Source of the DNA: Parcubacteria group bacterium
Lineage (GTDB): Bacteria > Patescibacteriota > Minisyncoccia > Phycocordibacterales > UBA2100
Direction of reading: 5' to 3'
Length of the DNA: 64,000 nt
Assembly: GCA_943358385.1 (NCBI GenBank)
Contig: CALRGX010000001.1
Coordinates: forward strand, 66,380 to 130,379
Positions within the stretch are counted from its first letter, which is position 1; every line of letters begins with the position of its first letter. Shown in pieces: positions 19,630 through 28,871 of the stretch. The position numbers and the translations under genes were made by a program. The notes below the pieces were generated by a model, which saw only the letters and a program-made list of their open reading frames with translations, ran no database searches and was not told where the DNA came from.

Positions 19630-20025
19630 ATGGTACACGACCCTGTAGCAGACTTTGTAAATCAAATTAAAAACGCCGGCGCGGTAAAAAAGGCCGTAGT
19701 CTCTGTTCCATTCTCAAATCTTAAAGCAGCAATTGCCGAAGTGTTGAAAGTGAAGGGTTACGTAAAACAGTCAGAAAAGAAAGGAAAGAAGGTCAAGAAG
19801 ACCCTCGAAGTGACGCTCGCATACGAGAACGATGGCAGCCCAAAGATCAAAGGTGTGCGCCGTATCTCAAAGCCAGGGCGCCGCATGTACAAGAGCGTTG
19901 GTGAAATTACTCCCGTCAAATACGGTCACGGCACCCTCGTACTCTCAACGCCAAAAGGAATCCTTGCTGGGGAAGATGCACGAAAAGAAAAAGTCGGCGG
20001 TGAAGCATTGTTTGAAATTTGGTAA
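19630..20025 (+). CDS. rpsH: 30S ribosomal protein S8
   Basis: DPVAD, RISKPGRR, STPKG, VGGE. Confidence 0.98.
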   Translation: MVHDPVADFVNQIKNAGAVKKAVVSVPFSNLKAAIAEVLKVKGYVKQSEKKGKKVKKTLEVTLAYENDGSPKIKGVRRISKPGRRMYKSVGEITPVKYGHGTLVLSTPKGILAGEDARKEKVGGEALFEIW

Positions 20026-20030
20026 ATACT

Positions 20031-20567
20031 ATGAGCCGCCTAGGAAAAAAGAACATAACGATTCCCACTGGCACCACAGTCACTGTGGTTGACGGTGTGG
20101 TAAGCGTAAAAGGCAAGGGAGGTGAGCTTAAGCGCACCATCCGCCCGATTGTCGGTGTTGCCGTCGAAGGCAACGAAGTTTCTGTGACTCCTGTTGCCGA
20201 AACACGTCTCGCAAAAGCACTCTGGGGCACCTACAGTGCACACGTCCGCAATATGATCAAAGGAGTGAACGAGCCTTTTGTGAAGAAACTCATCCTTGAA
20301 GGTGTGGGATACAAAGTGGCGCTTTCTGGAAAGAAGATGGTTTTGAACCTGGGTTTCTCTCACCAAGTAGAGCTTGCTATTCCTGAAGGCCTCACCGTTT
20401 CCCTTGAAAAGAACGACATCACTGTTTCAGGTATCGATAAAGATTCAGTAGGGCAGTTCACTGCCGAGCTACGTTCTCTCAAGAAACCTGAGCCATACAA
20501 AGGCAAGGGTATGCGTTACTCAACTGAAGTACTCCGTCGCAAGCAAGGTAAGAAAGCAGCAGCATAA
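20031..20567 (+). CDS. rplF: 50S ribosomal protein L6
   Basis: LGFSH, PEPYKGKG. Confidence 0.98.
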   Translation: MSRLGKKNITIPTGTTVTVVDGVVSVKGKGGELKRTIRPIVGVAVEGNEVSVTPVAETRLAKALWGTYSAHVRNMIKGVNEPFVKKLILEGVGYKVALSGKKMVLNLGFSHQVELAIPEGLTVSLEKNDITVSGIDKDSVGQFTAELRSLKKPEPYKGKGMRYSTEVLRRKQGKKAAA

Positions 20568-20572
20568 ACTTT

Positions 20573-20926
20573 ATGGCAACAAAAACTTCAGCAAAAGAAA
20601 TGAAACGTCAGAGTCGCCACGCACGAGTTCGTGCGCGCGTCACTGGAACTGCAGAGCGCCCACGTTTGTCAGTGTACAAATCAAATACACGCGTTATCGC
20701 GCAGGTTATCGACGACATGAAGGGGGTTACGATCGCGGCGGTCTCATCCTCAGCCCTTAAGGCAAAAACTCCTCGCGAGCGTGCAGAACTTGCTGCAGCT
20801 GAGCTGGCAAAGCAGGCACTTTCCAAAGGAGTGAAGGCAGTAGTGTTTGATCGAGGTGGTTTCCAATACACCGGGACTATTAAGGCATTTGCCGACGCGG
20901 CACGTCAGGCAGGACTCATTTTCTAA
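20573..20926 (+). CDS. rplR: 50S ribosomal protein L18
   Basis: RPRLSV, VVFDRGG. Confidence 0.97.
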   Translation: MATKTSAKEMKRQSRHARVRARVTGTAERPRLSVYKSNTRVIAQVIDDMKGVTIAAVSSSALKAKTPRERAELAAAELAKQALSKGVKAVVFDRGGFQYTGTIKAFADAARQAGLIF

Positions 20927-20929
20927 TAT

Positions 20930-21511
20930 ATGGATGACACACAGAAAAAACCAGTGACCGCAGCACCTGCACCTGCAGCAATCGACCCTCGATCATCTCG
21001 TGGTCCTCGCCGCGGACGTGATGACCAAAACCGCCGTGGAGGTGGTGGTCGCGGCAACCGCGGTAACGACGAGCGCCGCTCTGAATTTGCACAAAAAATC
21101 ATCGGTATGCGCCGCGTTGCGCGTGTGATGGCAGGTGGTCGCCGCTTCAACTTCTCGGTCTCGATTGTTATCGGAGACAAGAAAGGCCGCGTGGGTGTAG
21201 GTATGGGTAAGGCCACCGATACCGCGCTCGCTATCGAAAAGGCAACTCGTGATGCAAAGAAACACATGATTACGCTTGAACTCACCAAGAACCACAGCAT
21301 TCCGCACGAGGTAGATGCTAAGTACTGCTCGTCAGTCGTAGCCATCCGCCCTTCAAAAGGCCGTGGTTTGGTTGCTGGATCTGCAGTACGCACCGTCCTT
21401 GAATTGGCAGGCGTGTCTGATGTGACTGCAAAGCTTCTGACTCGCAGCAAAAACCCTATCAACAATGCACGAGTGGCAATGAAAGCACTTGGGCAGATAG
21501 CTAAAAAATAA
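20930..21511 (+). CDS. rpsE: 30S ribosomal protein S5
   Basis: GGRRFNF, GRVGVG, VLELAG. Confidence 0.97.
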   Translation: MDDTQKKPVTAAPAPAAIDPRSSRGPRRGRDDQNRRGGGGRGNRGNDERRSEFAQKIIGMRRVARVMAGGRRFNFSVSIVIGDKKGRVGVGMGKATDTALAIEKATRDAKKHMITLELTKNHSIPHEVDAKYCSSVVAIRPSKGRGLVAGSAVRTVLELAGVSDVTAKLLTRSKNPINNARVAMKALGQIAKK

Positions 21512-21513
21512 GT

Positions 21514-21969
21514 ATGGCTTCCCTCAGCACACTCACCTCAAACACTAAAAAGCCACTACGCCGCGTAGGGCGTGGTCAGAGCAGTAAGCGCGGCAAGACC
21601 GCCGGCCGCGGGACGAAAGGGCAGAACTCACGTGCTGGACGTAAGAAGCGACCAGAGCTCCGTGATTTCATTAAAAAGCTTCCAAAGCGTCGTGGGCACG
21701 GTAAGAACCGCGCTCGTGGCGTGAATTCAGAACGCATGATCCCTGTTGCGATTACGCTCACTATGCTCGACAAATACTTTGCAGCTGGCGCTGAGGTCAA
21801 TCTCGCTGCACTTGCAGCACACAGGCTCACACCTTCTCGCGAAGGTAAGAAGCAGCGTGTAAAGATTTTGGCAACGGGCACTCTTTCTAAGAAATTGACG
21901 ATAACGGAATGCGTTGTTTCTGCGGGAGCGAAGAAGGCGATTGAAGCTGCGGGTGGTACCTGTGCGTAA
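21514..21969 (+). CDS. rplO: 50S ribosomal protein L15
   Basis: RVGRG, GRGTKGQ, KKAIEAAGG. Confidence 0.97.
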   Translation: MASLSTLTSNTKKPLRRVGRGQSSKRGKTAGRGTKGQNSRAGRKKRPELRDFIKKLPKRRGHGKNRARGVNSERMIPVAITLTMLDKYFAAGAEVNLAALAAHRLTPSREGKKQRVKILATGTLSKKLTITECVVSAGAKKAIEAAGGTCA

Positions 21970-22014
21970 GGGAGACGGGGTGGGGCTACAAACATACGAA
22001 CATAAACGACCGCT

Positions 22015-23289
22015 ATGATAGAAACATTTTTGCGAAAAATCCGTCTCGTTGCTCACGATGAGACTCTACGCACCCGTGTGTTGTTTGTTTTTGCTGCACT
22101 CATCCTTTTCCGCATACTCGCCACTATTCCTGTGCCTTCGATTGATACGACACAGCTTCAGGCATTTTTCTCAAACAGTCAGTTTCTCGGCCTCCTGAAC
22201 ATCTTTTCAGGTGGTGGCCTTTCTAATCTTTCAATTGTTGCACTCGGTGTGGGCCCGTACATCACCGCGTCGATTGTCATGCAGCTCATGACCGTGCTCT
22301 CTCCTAAACTAAAACAGATGTACCAGGAAGAAGGGGATGCAGGTCGCGTCCGCTTTATGACCTACTCGCGCTATCTCACGGTGCCGCTCGCGTTTATCCA
22401 GGCGTTTAGCATCTTGGTTCTTTTCCGTCAGCAGGGGGTGATTGGCTCGATGGATTTGATGCACACCATCACGAGTGTGTTTGTGCTTGCCGCTGGGTCA
22501 CTGCTTCTTATGTGGTTGGGTGAGTTGATTACTGAATTCGGTGTGGGAAACGGCGTTTCCTTGATTATCTTCAGCGGTATCGTTGCCTCCCTTCCTGCAT
22601 CAGTAGCCCAACTCCTCTATACATTCGATATCTCACAGTTGCCGATGTACTTGGGGTTCGTCGCGGCTGCGGTCCTGGTTATTGCTGCGGTGGTGTTCAT
22701 CACCGAAGCAGAACGGCCAATCCCGGTCACCTATTCGCGGCAGGTTCGCGGTGGCAAGGTGCTTGGCGGTGTTTCTACCTACCTCCCATTGCGGGTGAAT
22801 CAGGCGGGCGTTATTCCGATTATCTTCGCGCTCTCACTCCTCTTGTTCCCGCAAATGATTGCGAATTTCCTTGCTGCTTCAAGTATTTCTTGGCTTGCTG
22901 CTGGTGGGCAAGCGGTAGTGAGTGCGCTCAACAATCAGTGGGTGTACGGCATACTCTACTTCCTCTTGGTGTTCATGTTTACATACTTTTACACCGCTAT
23001 CACGTTCGAGCCCAACCAAATCGCAAAGAACTTGCAGAAGGGAGGTGCGTTTATTCCGGGAGTGCGCCCAGGACAAAATACAGCTGATTACCTCGGTAAC
23101 ATCATTACGCGCATTACACTCGCCGGCGCACTATTCCTAGGACTTATCGCGGTACTTCCTATTATTATGGAAGGTATTACGGGCATTGCGTCCCTCACCA
23201 TCGGTGGCACGGCGCTCTTGATTGCCGTATCAGTTATTCTTGATCTGGTAAAGAAAGTGGACGCTCAGACATCGATTCGAGAATACTAA
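22015..23289 (+). CDS. secY: preprotein translocase subunit SecY
   Basis: LGVGPYITASI, GNGVSLIIF, IPGVRPG, GGTALLI. Confidence 0.99.
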   Translation: MIETFLRKIRLVAHDETLRTRVLFVFAALILFRILATIPVPSIDTTQLQAFFSNSQFLGLLNIFSGGGLSNLSIVALGVGPYITASIVMQLMTVLSPKLKQMYQEEGDAGRVRFMTYSRYLTVPLAFIQAFSILVLFRQQGVIGSMDLMHTITSVFVLAAGSLLLMWLGELITEFGVGNGVSLIIFSGIVASLPASVAQLLYTFDISQLPMYLGFVAAAVLVIAAVVFITEAERPIPVTYSRQVRGGKVLGGVSTYLPLRVNQAGVIPIIFALSLLLFPQMIANFLAASSISWLAAGGQAVVSALNNQWVYGILYFLLVFMFTYFYTAITFEPNQIAKNLQKGGAFIPGVRPGQNTADYLGNIITRITLAGALFLGLIAVLPIIMEGITGIASLTIGGTALLIAVSVILDLVKKVDAQTSIREY

Positions 23290-23345
23290 TTGGTAGGTAC
23301 AAGGGCGAAGGGACAGGGGATAGGGAATACAAAAAACAGTAGAAA

Positions 23346-23374
23346 AACAGCCGGCGCAGGATGCGCCGGCTGTT
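23346..23374 (+). terminator. terminator after secY, duplicated at 25517
   Basis: AACAGCCGGCGCA-GGA-TGCGCCGGCTGTT then T tract. Confidence 0.8.
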
Positions 23375-23662
23375 TTGCGTACCAGTGGCCGTATTTGACT
23401 TTATCTAGAGGATATATATATAATACAAACTCTATGAATAACAACCGCATACAACCGTGGAACAGCGCCCTAACAGCGCGTGTTTCGCGTGCATATGGCA
23501 GCGCACTGATTTTCAGTGGCGTGTCGGGTATACGGTTTTTGGGCGGTATGTATCTCCATCGGTTTCTTCGCATTCACCCCGTGAGTGCATAAGCTAACGG
23601 ATTGAGACACACCCTGCCCAAGGCAGGGTGTGTTCTTTAAGTAAACAGAGAAAGGGAGTCGC

Positions 23663-25507
23663 ATGGCGACCACGAAAGACGAATGGGACAGAGATCCAGA
23701 TATTGAAGAGCAGGGAATCGGCTACTTCTTCCGTGGAGTGGGTACTCTGTGGGCGTTGGCGGCTCCAGAAAAGCCGTATCTGATGAAGGCTTTTTGGGCA
23801 CTGCTGCTTGCAGAAGGGTTTGGCATACTTGCCCCCCTCTTCTTCAAGGCACTCGTTGATGAGCTACCACAGCTCTACGTGACTGGTATGAGCACGCTTG
23901 CTCTCAGTCTTATAGCCGCGATGGCGGGGGCAAAACTTCTCGGTATCGGTGTACGGCGATTCGTCCAAGAACCACTCTTCATCAAAGGCATCATACGCCT
24001 TGAGAATCGCTTGCCACAGGAGGTCCACAAAAAATTCATGGCTCTTTCACAGGGGTACCATGAAAAGGAAAACACTGGGCGAAAGGTAGCTAAGGTCAAC
24101 AAAGGTGTCGAGCGCATCATCGGCCTTATGGCTGATGGTTTTTGGATGCTCATACCGGCCTGTGTCTTCATCGTGGTGAATCTTGCCCTCATTACCTGGA
24201 TGGAATGGAAGCTCGGGCTCATCATGGTCGTTTCCATCGTGCTCTACGTCTGGATCAATATCCGCACTTACGTACAGTTCTACGCAGTGTGGGAGCGATA
24301 TGAAGATCTGAAAGAAAAGTCGGTGGGGCAGTTCTGTGAGTCCATTATGTGTGTCCGCACCGTCCAGGCCTTTGTGCAGGAAACACGAGAGGTAAAGCGG
24401 CATGGTGAAGTGCGCACAGAAATGTGTGATCTCGACATTGATGCATCAATTGGCCTACAAAAGCACTTCTTTCTTATGGAGAGTGTGCTTGCGCTGGGAT
24501 TTTGTGCAGCGCTCGTTCTCGGGATGTTCAGTGTTGCCTGGGGCCACTCCACCGTCGGTACGGTTGCCTACTTGTTTGCTGTAGGGAGCATGATGATCCA
24601 GAGCCTGTGGGGTGTCGTGCAGGTCTACACACGCATGTTGCGCTACTTAGTGGCGGCACAGCGCATCAAAAAAGTGCTCGATGAACCGAGCGATGTGCAG
24701 TCATGGCAACCAGCCCATACGCTCGTGCCCGAGAAAGAGTTGCTTGTGCTCGCACTCAATAAGGTGAGCCATTGTTACCCAGGCAAGAATGCGCCAGTGC
24801 TTTCGTGCATTGACATGCAGATTAAGCCGGGGAGCATGATTGCCTTGGTCGGCCGATCGGGAGCAGGAAAAAGCACAGTGGTGCACCTCGCCGCGCGCAT
24901 TTCTGACCCAACGAGTGGCAGTATCACCCTGAACGGAGTCGATGTACGATCACTTGATAGAGATTGGTATCGACGCTTATTTGCGGTGGTGCCTCAGGAC
25001 GTAGAGGTGTTCGAATGCAGTCTGCTGCAGAACATCACCTATGCCTATCCGGATGCTCCGAATGAGTGGATCGATAAGGCGGTAAAGGCCGCATGTCTCG
25101 ATGCGTTAGCAGAGGACACGAAGCGTTTTCCTGATGGTCTGCAAACGGCTGTAGGTGAACGTGGGGTCCGTCTTTCTGGCGGAGAACGACAGCGGGTAGG
25201 TATTGCAAGGGCCTACATCGCCCTCCTTTCCGGCGCACGATTCCTCATTCTCGACGAGGCAACCTCCAGTCTTGATTCAGAGTCTGAGCGCGTCGTACAA
25301 ACATTCATTCAAGCGCTACGCCGTGATCATGCGGTCACCATTATCGCCATTGCCCACCGCCTCTCGACGATTCGGCATGCGGACGAGATAGTGGTGATCG
25401 ACGATGGCTCCGTTACTGAAACGGGAACTCACGACGCGCTTCTGAAGAAAAATGGGCTGTATGCTCGGCTGACTGAGCTGCAGCAGCTAGGTGAAATTCG
25501 AGATTGA
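23663..25507 (+). CDS. ABC exporter, fused TMD and ATPase (MsbA/Atm1-like)
   Basis: TM domain, GRSGAGKST, LSGGERQR, LDEATS, IAHRLST. Confidence 0.95.
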   Translation: MATTKDEWDRDPDIEEQGIGYFFRGVGTLWALAAPEKPYLMKAFWALLLAEGFGILAPLFFKALVDELPQLYVTGMSTLALSLIAAMAGAKLLGIGVRRFVQEPLFIKGIIRLENRLPQEVHKKFMALSQGYHEKENTGRKVAKVNKGVERIIGLMADGFWMLIPACVFIVVNLALITWMEWKLGLIMVVSIVLYVWINIRTYVQFYAVWERYEDLKEKSVGQFCESIMCVRTVQAFVQETREVKRHGEVRTEMCDLDIDASIGLQKHFFLMESVLALGFCAALVLGMFSVAWGHSTVGTVAYLFAVGSMMIQSLWGVVQVYTRMLRYLVAAQRIKKVLDEPSDVQSWQPAHTLVPEKELLVLALNKVSHCYPGKNAPVLSCIDMQIKPGSMIALVGRSGAGKSTVVHLAARISDPTSGSITLNGVDVRSLDRDWYRRLFAVVPQDVEVFECSLLQNITYAYPDAPNEWIDKAVKAACLDALAEDTKRFPDGLQTAVGERGVRLSGGERQRVGIARAYIALLSGARFLILDEATSSLDSESERVVQTFIQALRRDHAVTIIAIAHRLSTIRHADEIVVIDDGSVTETGTHDALLKKNGLYARLTELQQLGEIRD

Positions 25508-25516
25508 TACGAAAGC

Positions 25517-25545
25517 AACAGCCGGCGCAGAATGCGCCGGCTGTT
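25517..25545 (+). terminator. terminator copy after the ABC exporter
   Basis: AACAGCCGGCGCA-GAA-TGCGCCGGCTGTT. Confidence 0.8.
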
Positions 25546-25566
25546 TTCATATGCCACAATGGCACT

Positions 25567-26175
25567 ATGTTTTCAGCAATATTTTTCGACTTCGACGGTG
25601 TTCTTGTTGACAGCTTTGCGTTTCATCTTAAGCACCTCAATGAAGATGCACGACTGCCCGTTAGTGCGGAGCGTCTGAGAGATCTCCACGCCGTTAATTT
25701 TCACGAAGCAACGCAACATGACGCTACTTTCGATGGAGTCGACTGGGTGAAATATCATCAGCTTATTGCGCCTGCAGAGGCGAAGCAGCCTATGCATCCA
25801 TTGGCCCAGGCGACGATACGTGAATTGTACGAACGAAAGGAGCGCCTCTACATCGTTTCCTCTGGCGTCACGGCAGGTATAAAGCATTTTTTGGCTGAAC
25901 ACTCACTAAGTGAGTGTTTCTTGGATGTTTTTGGGTATGAACAGGGACTGTCTAAAACAGAAAAACTCTTGAATGTCGCGAACCGAAGTGGAATCAACTT
26001 GCAAGAGTCATTGTTTGTCACGGATACAGCTGGCGATGTGTGTGAGGGAAAAGCTGCAGGTGTCCCTGTCTTGGCAGTTACTTTTGGGTTTCATGATAGG
26101 GAAATGATTAAGGCAGCATCCCCAGAGTACTTGTGCGACAGATGGGAGGAGGCACGTCACATTCTCGATTTGTGA
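25567..26175 (+). CDS. HAD-superfamily hydrolase
   Basis: FDFDGVLVDS, VSS, K, TDTAGD. Confidence 0.9.
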   Translation: MFSAIFFDFDGVLVDSFAFHLKHLNEDARLPVSAERLRDLHAVNFHEATQHDATFDGVDWVKYHQLIAPAEAKQPMHPLAQATIRELYERKERLYIVSSGVTAGIKHFLAEHSLSECFLDVFGYEQGLSKTEKLLNVANRSGINLQESLFVTDTAGDVCEGKAAGVPVLAVTFGFHDREMIKAASPEYLCDRWEEARHILDL

Positions 26176-26200
26176 TGTCGCCTTGTGCTACCATGCGAGC

Positions 26201-26782
26201 ATGATGGAAAAAAAGGTGGTGGTAATTGCTGGGCCGACGGCCTCAGGCGAGAGTACCTTTACCAAGGAATTTGTGCTGGCGTACCCAAATTTCGAACGAT
26301 CAGTATCGGCAACGACACGCCGCCCGCGCATGAATGAAGAAGAGGGTATCGACTACTACTTCATGAACAAAGAGCAGTTTTTTGAGAACGTACAGAACGG
26401 TAACATCCCCGAGCACACCTACGTGAAAGAGCGAGATGCGCACTATGGAACCTACCTTCCTGATCTGCAGAAGAAGCTCGATTCAGGAAAAACCGTTATT
26501 GTGAACACTGATCTCCATGGCGCGCGTTTTTACAAAGACGAATATGGAGCATCAACTATTTTCATCAAGCCAAAGTCGATGCAGACTTTATACGACCGTC
26601 TGATTCGTCGCGACCCTACCATCACGCGCGAAGAGGTGATTACTCGCCTCATCAGTGCTTCCCAGGAAATCCTCGAGGCCGAGCATAAATACGATTTTAC
26701 GGTATTCAATGATGATGGTGAATTTGCTGAGACGATGATGAAAATCAACGATATCCTTGCAAAACAAGGGTACGACGTGTAA
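26201..26782 (+). CDS. gmk: guanylate kinase-like protein
   Basis: SATTRRPR..EEEGIDYYF, HYGT; P-loop variant GPTASGES. Confidence 0.8.
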   Translation: MMEKKVVVIAGPTASGESTFTKEFVLAYPNFERSVSATTRRPRMNEEEGIDYYFMNKEQFFENVQNGNIPEHTYVKERDAHYGTYLPDLQKKLDSGKTVIVNTDLHGARFYKDEYGASTIFIKPKSMQTLYDRLIRRDPTITREEVITRLISASQEILEAEHKYDFTVFNDDGEFAETMMKINDILAKQGYDV

Positions 26783-26791
26783 ATATACGGT

Positions 26792-27388
26792 ATGAAAATC
26801 ACTCTGGGCGGGCCACCGGGCGCTGGAAAAGGTACGGTCGGGCGGCTCGTGGCCGCACATTACGGATATGAATTTATTTCAGGGGGCGATCTATTCAGAA
26901 AGGCGGCAGCTGCTCGTGGGATGACCATGGAAGCATTCGACACCTACATGAAAGAGCACCCCGAGGCACGTATCGACCATGAGATTGACGGCTTGCAAGT
27001 CGATATTGGAAAACATCAGGACAACTTTGTACTCGAATCGCGCCTAGCATGGCATTTTGCCCCCCAGTCCATCAAAATAAAGATAGATGGCGAACTCGAT
27101 GAGCGCATTCGGCGGATTTCAAAAGTGTCGAGTGTGGACCGTATTGCCTATACGCAGGATGATTTTGACGAGACGAAACGCAAGACGTTGAAACGATTTT
27201 CGGACCACCAGGCAAAGATTTTGGAACTGTACGGGATTGCCGATTTGGTGGCAGATGAGCACTTCGACATCGTGATTGATTCTACCGGCATCTCGGCGGA
27301 AGGGGTGGCAAAAAAAACCATTGAGGCGATTGAAACGTACGTGGCGGAGCATCCAGAAAAGCGTGGAGCGGATGCTCGCCAGAAATAG
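26792..27388 (+). CDS. cmk: cytidylate kinase-like protein (archaeal-type short CMK)
   Basis: ITLGGPPGAGKGT, SGGDLFR, VLESRLA, LYGI, IDST. Confidence 0.75.
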   Translation: MKITLGGPPGAGKGTVGRLVAAHYGYEFISGGDLFRKAAAARGMTMEAFDTYMKEHPEARIDHEIDGLQVDIGKHQDNFVLESRLAWHFAPQSIKIKIDGELDERIRRISKVSSVDRIAYTQDDFDETKRKTLKRFSDHQAKILELYGIADLVADEHFDIVIDSTGISAEGVAKKTIEAIETYVAEHPEKRGADARQK

Positions 27389-27411
27389 AAAAGCGAGGTA
27401 TATTCACCTTG

Positions 27412-28026
27412 ATGTCTGACGATCTCCAGCAACTGACGAAACGGCCACTCACGGTGGTCTTCTTCGGTATTCAGGGTTCAGGCAAAGGGACACAGTCGCG
27501 GTTGTTGCAGGGCTATCTGGAGCGCAATGCTGATGTACCTAACCTGTACCTCGAAATGGGCGAGCGGCTTCGTGGGTTTGCGACCGGTGCAGGATTTGCC
27601 AGCAAAAAAGTAGGTGAGACCCTCAACACCGGGTCACTCCTGCCTGCGTTCATTCCTTCCCACATCATAACGAGCTTCTTTCTCCAAGAATTCACCGGGC
27701 GAGAGCATGTCATTGTTGATGGTGTTGCTCGTCGCATCGAGCAGGCGGTGGTTCTCGATGAGGCGCTCGCATTTTTTGGCCGCGAAGACTACCAAACAAT
27801 CGTATTGGATCTACCGCGCGACGTTGCCGTTGAGCGCATGAAAGGGCGAGGGCGAAATGACGATGATGATCACAAAATTGAGCGGCGTCTGGCGTGGTAT
27901 GAAAGTGAAACCCTCCCTGCTATTCAGGAGATTGAACGCCGTGGCAGAGTCGTGCACCACATCAGTGGCTGTCCCTCAGTGGAAGAAGTGCATCAAGAAA
28001 TTCTGAAGGCTCTTTCTCTCGCGTAA
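27412..28026 (+). CDS. adk: adenylate kinase family NMP kinase (short lid)
   Basis: GIQGSGKGTQ, DGVAR, RGRNDD; position before map. Confidence 0.8.
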   Translation: MSDDLQQLTKRPLTVVFFGIQGSGKGTQSRLLQGYLERNADVPNLYLEMGERLRGFATGAGFASKKVGETLNTGSLLPAFIPSHIITSFFLQEFTGREHVIVDGVARRIEQAVVLDEALAFFGREDYQTIVLDLPRDVAVERMKGRGRNDDDDHKIERRLAWYESETLPAIQEIERRGRVVHHISGCPSVEEVHQEILKALSLA

Positions 28027-28031
28027 TTTGT

Positions 28032-28802
28032 ATGATTGTGAGTAATGCAGACGATGTGCGTATTTTGAAAGAAGGCGGTAAGCGCTTGGGGACGATGCTA
28101 CAGGCACTGAGAGTGCTCGCCGCGCCTGGCGTGTCCACCCAAACACTCGAAGACGAAGCGCGACGGATGATAAAAGAATATGGCGATACCGCCGCGTTTC
28201 TCGACTACACTCCCGAAGGGGCACGTCGTGCGTATCCTGCGGCACTGTGTGTTTCGGTAAACGACGCTATTGTGCACGGTATTCCGAACGAAGACCCACT
28301 TACGCTTCAAGAAGGCGACGTGGTGACGCTTGATATGGGTATTGTTCATGAAGGTCTTATTACTGACGCTGCAGTGTCCGTGATTATTGGAGGAGGAAAC
28401 GCGGATACTCGCACCATGTTGCAGGCGGCATATGAAGCATTAGATGTAGGCATTCAAGCGGCGCGGGTGGGGAATCACATGGGCGACATCGGACACGCCA
28501 TAGAAAAAGTAGGGTTGCGCTACAAACTGGGATCGCCGCAAGAGTTGGGAGGCCACAGTGTCGGCCTGCACGTCCATGAAGAGCCGTTTGTTCCGAATTT
28601 TGGCGACCCGGGCGCAGGGCCACTCCTCAAAGAGGGGATGGTGCTCGCTATTGAGCCCATGTTTATGCTCGGAAAAAGTGCCATCAAACTTGATCGCGAC
28701 GGGTACACCTATCGTACGAAAGATGGAAGTAAATCAGTGCACGTGGAGCACACAGTTCTCATCACCAAAGATGGGCCAGAAATTCTAACGAAAGCTGCGT
28801 AG
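28032..28802 (+). CDS. map: methionine aminopeptidase type I
   Basis: CVSVND..HGIP, GHSVG..HEEP, AIEPM, HVEHT. Confidence 0.97.
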   Translation: MIVSNADDVRILKEGGKRLGTMLQALRVLAAPGVSTQTLEDEARRMIKEYGDTAAFLDYTPEGARRAYPAALCVSVNDAIVHGIPNEDPLTLQEGDVVTLDMGIVHEGLITDAAVSVIIGGGNADTRTMLQAAYEALDVGIQAARVGNHMGDIGHAIEKVGLRYKLGSPQELGGHSVGLHVHEEPFVPNFGDPGAGPLLKEGMVLAIEPMFMLGKSAIKLDRDGYTYRTKDGSKSVHVEHTVLITKDGPEILTKAA

Positions 28803-28817
28803 AGGATGACCGGCACG

Positions 28818-28859
28818 CCCGCACACCTTGAAACCCTGCAGGGTTTCAAGGTGTGCGGG
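28818..28859. repeat. perfect 42-bp REP-like palindrome
   Basis: CCCGCACACCTTGAAACCCTGCAGGGTTTCAAGGTGTGCGGG. Confidence 0.8.
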
Positions 28860-28871
28860 TATACTGTATGC

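Noticed and set aside
517-22056. Many alternative-frame and antisense ORFs over fusA, tuf and ribosomal protein genes
   Set aside because: Shadow ORFs of conserved genes, with no motifs or start signals.
23290-23592. ORFs in the secY-ABC spacer
   Set aside because: They span a terminator and AT-rich promoter-like DNA; no recognisable protein features.
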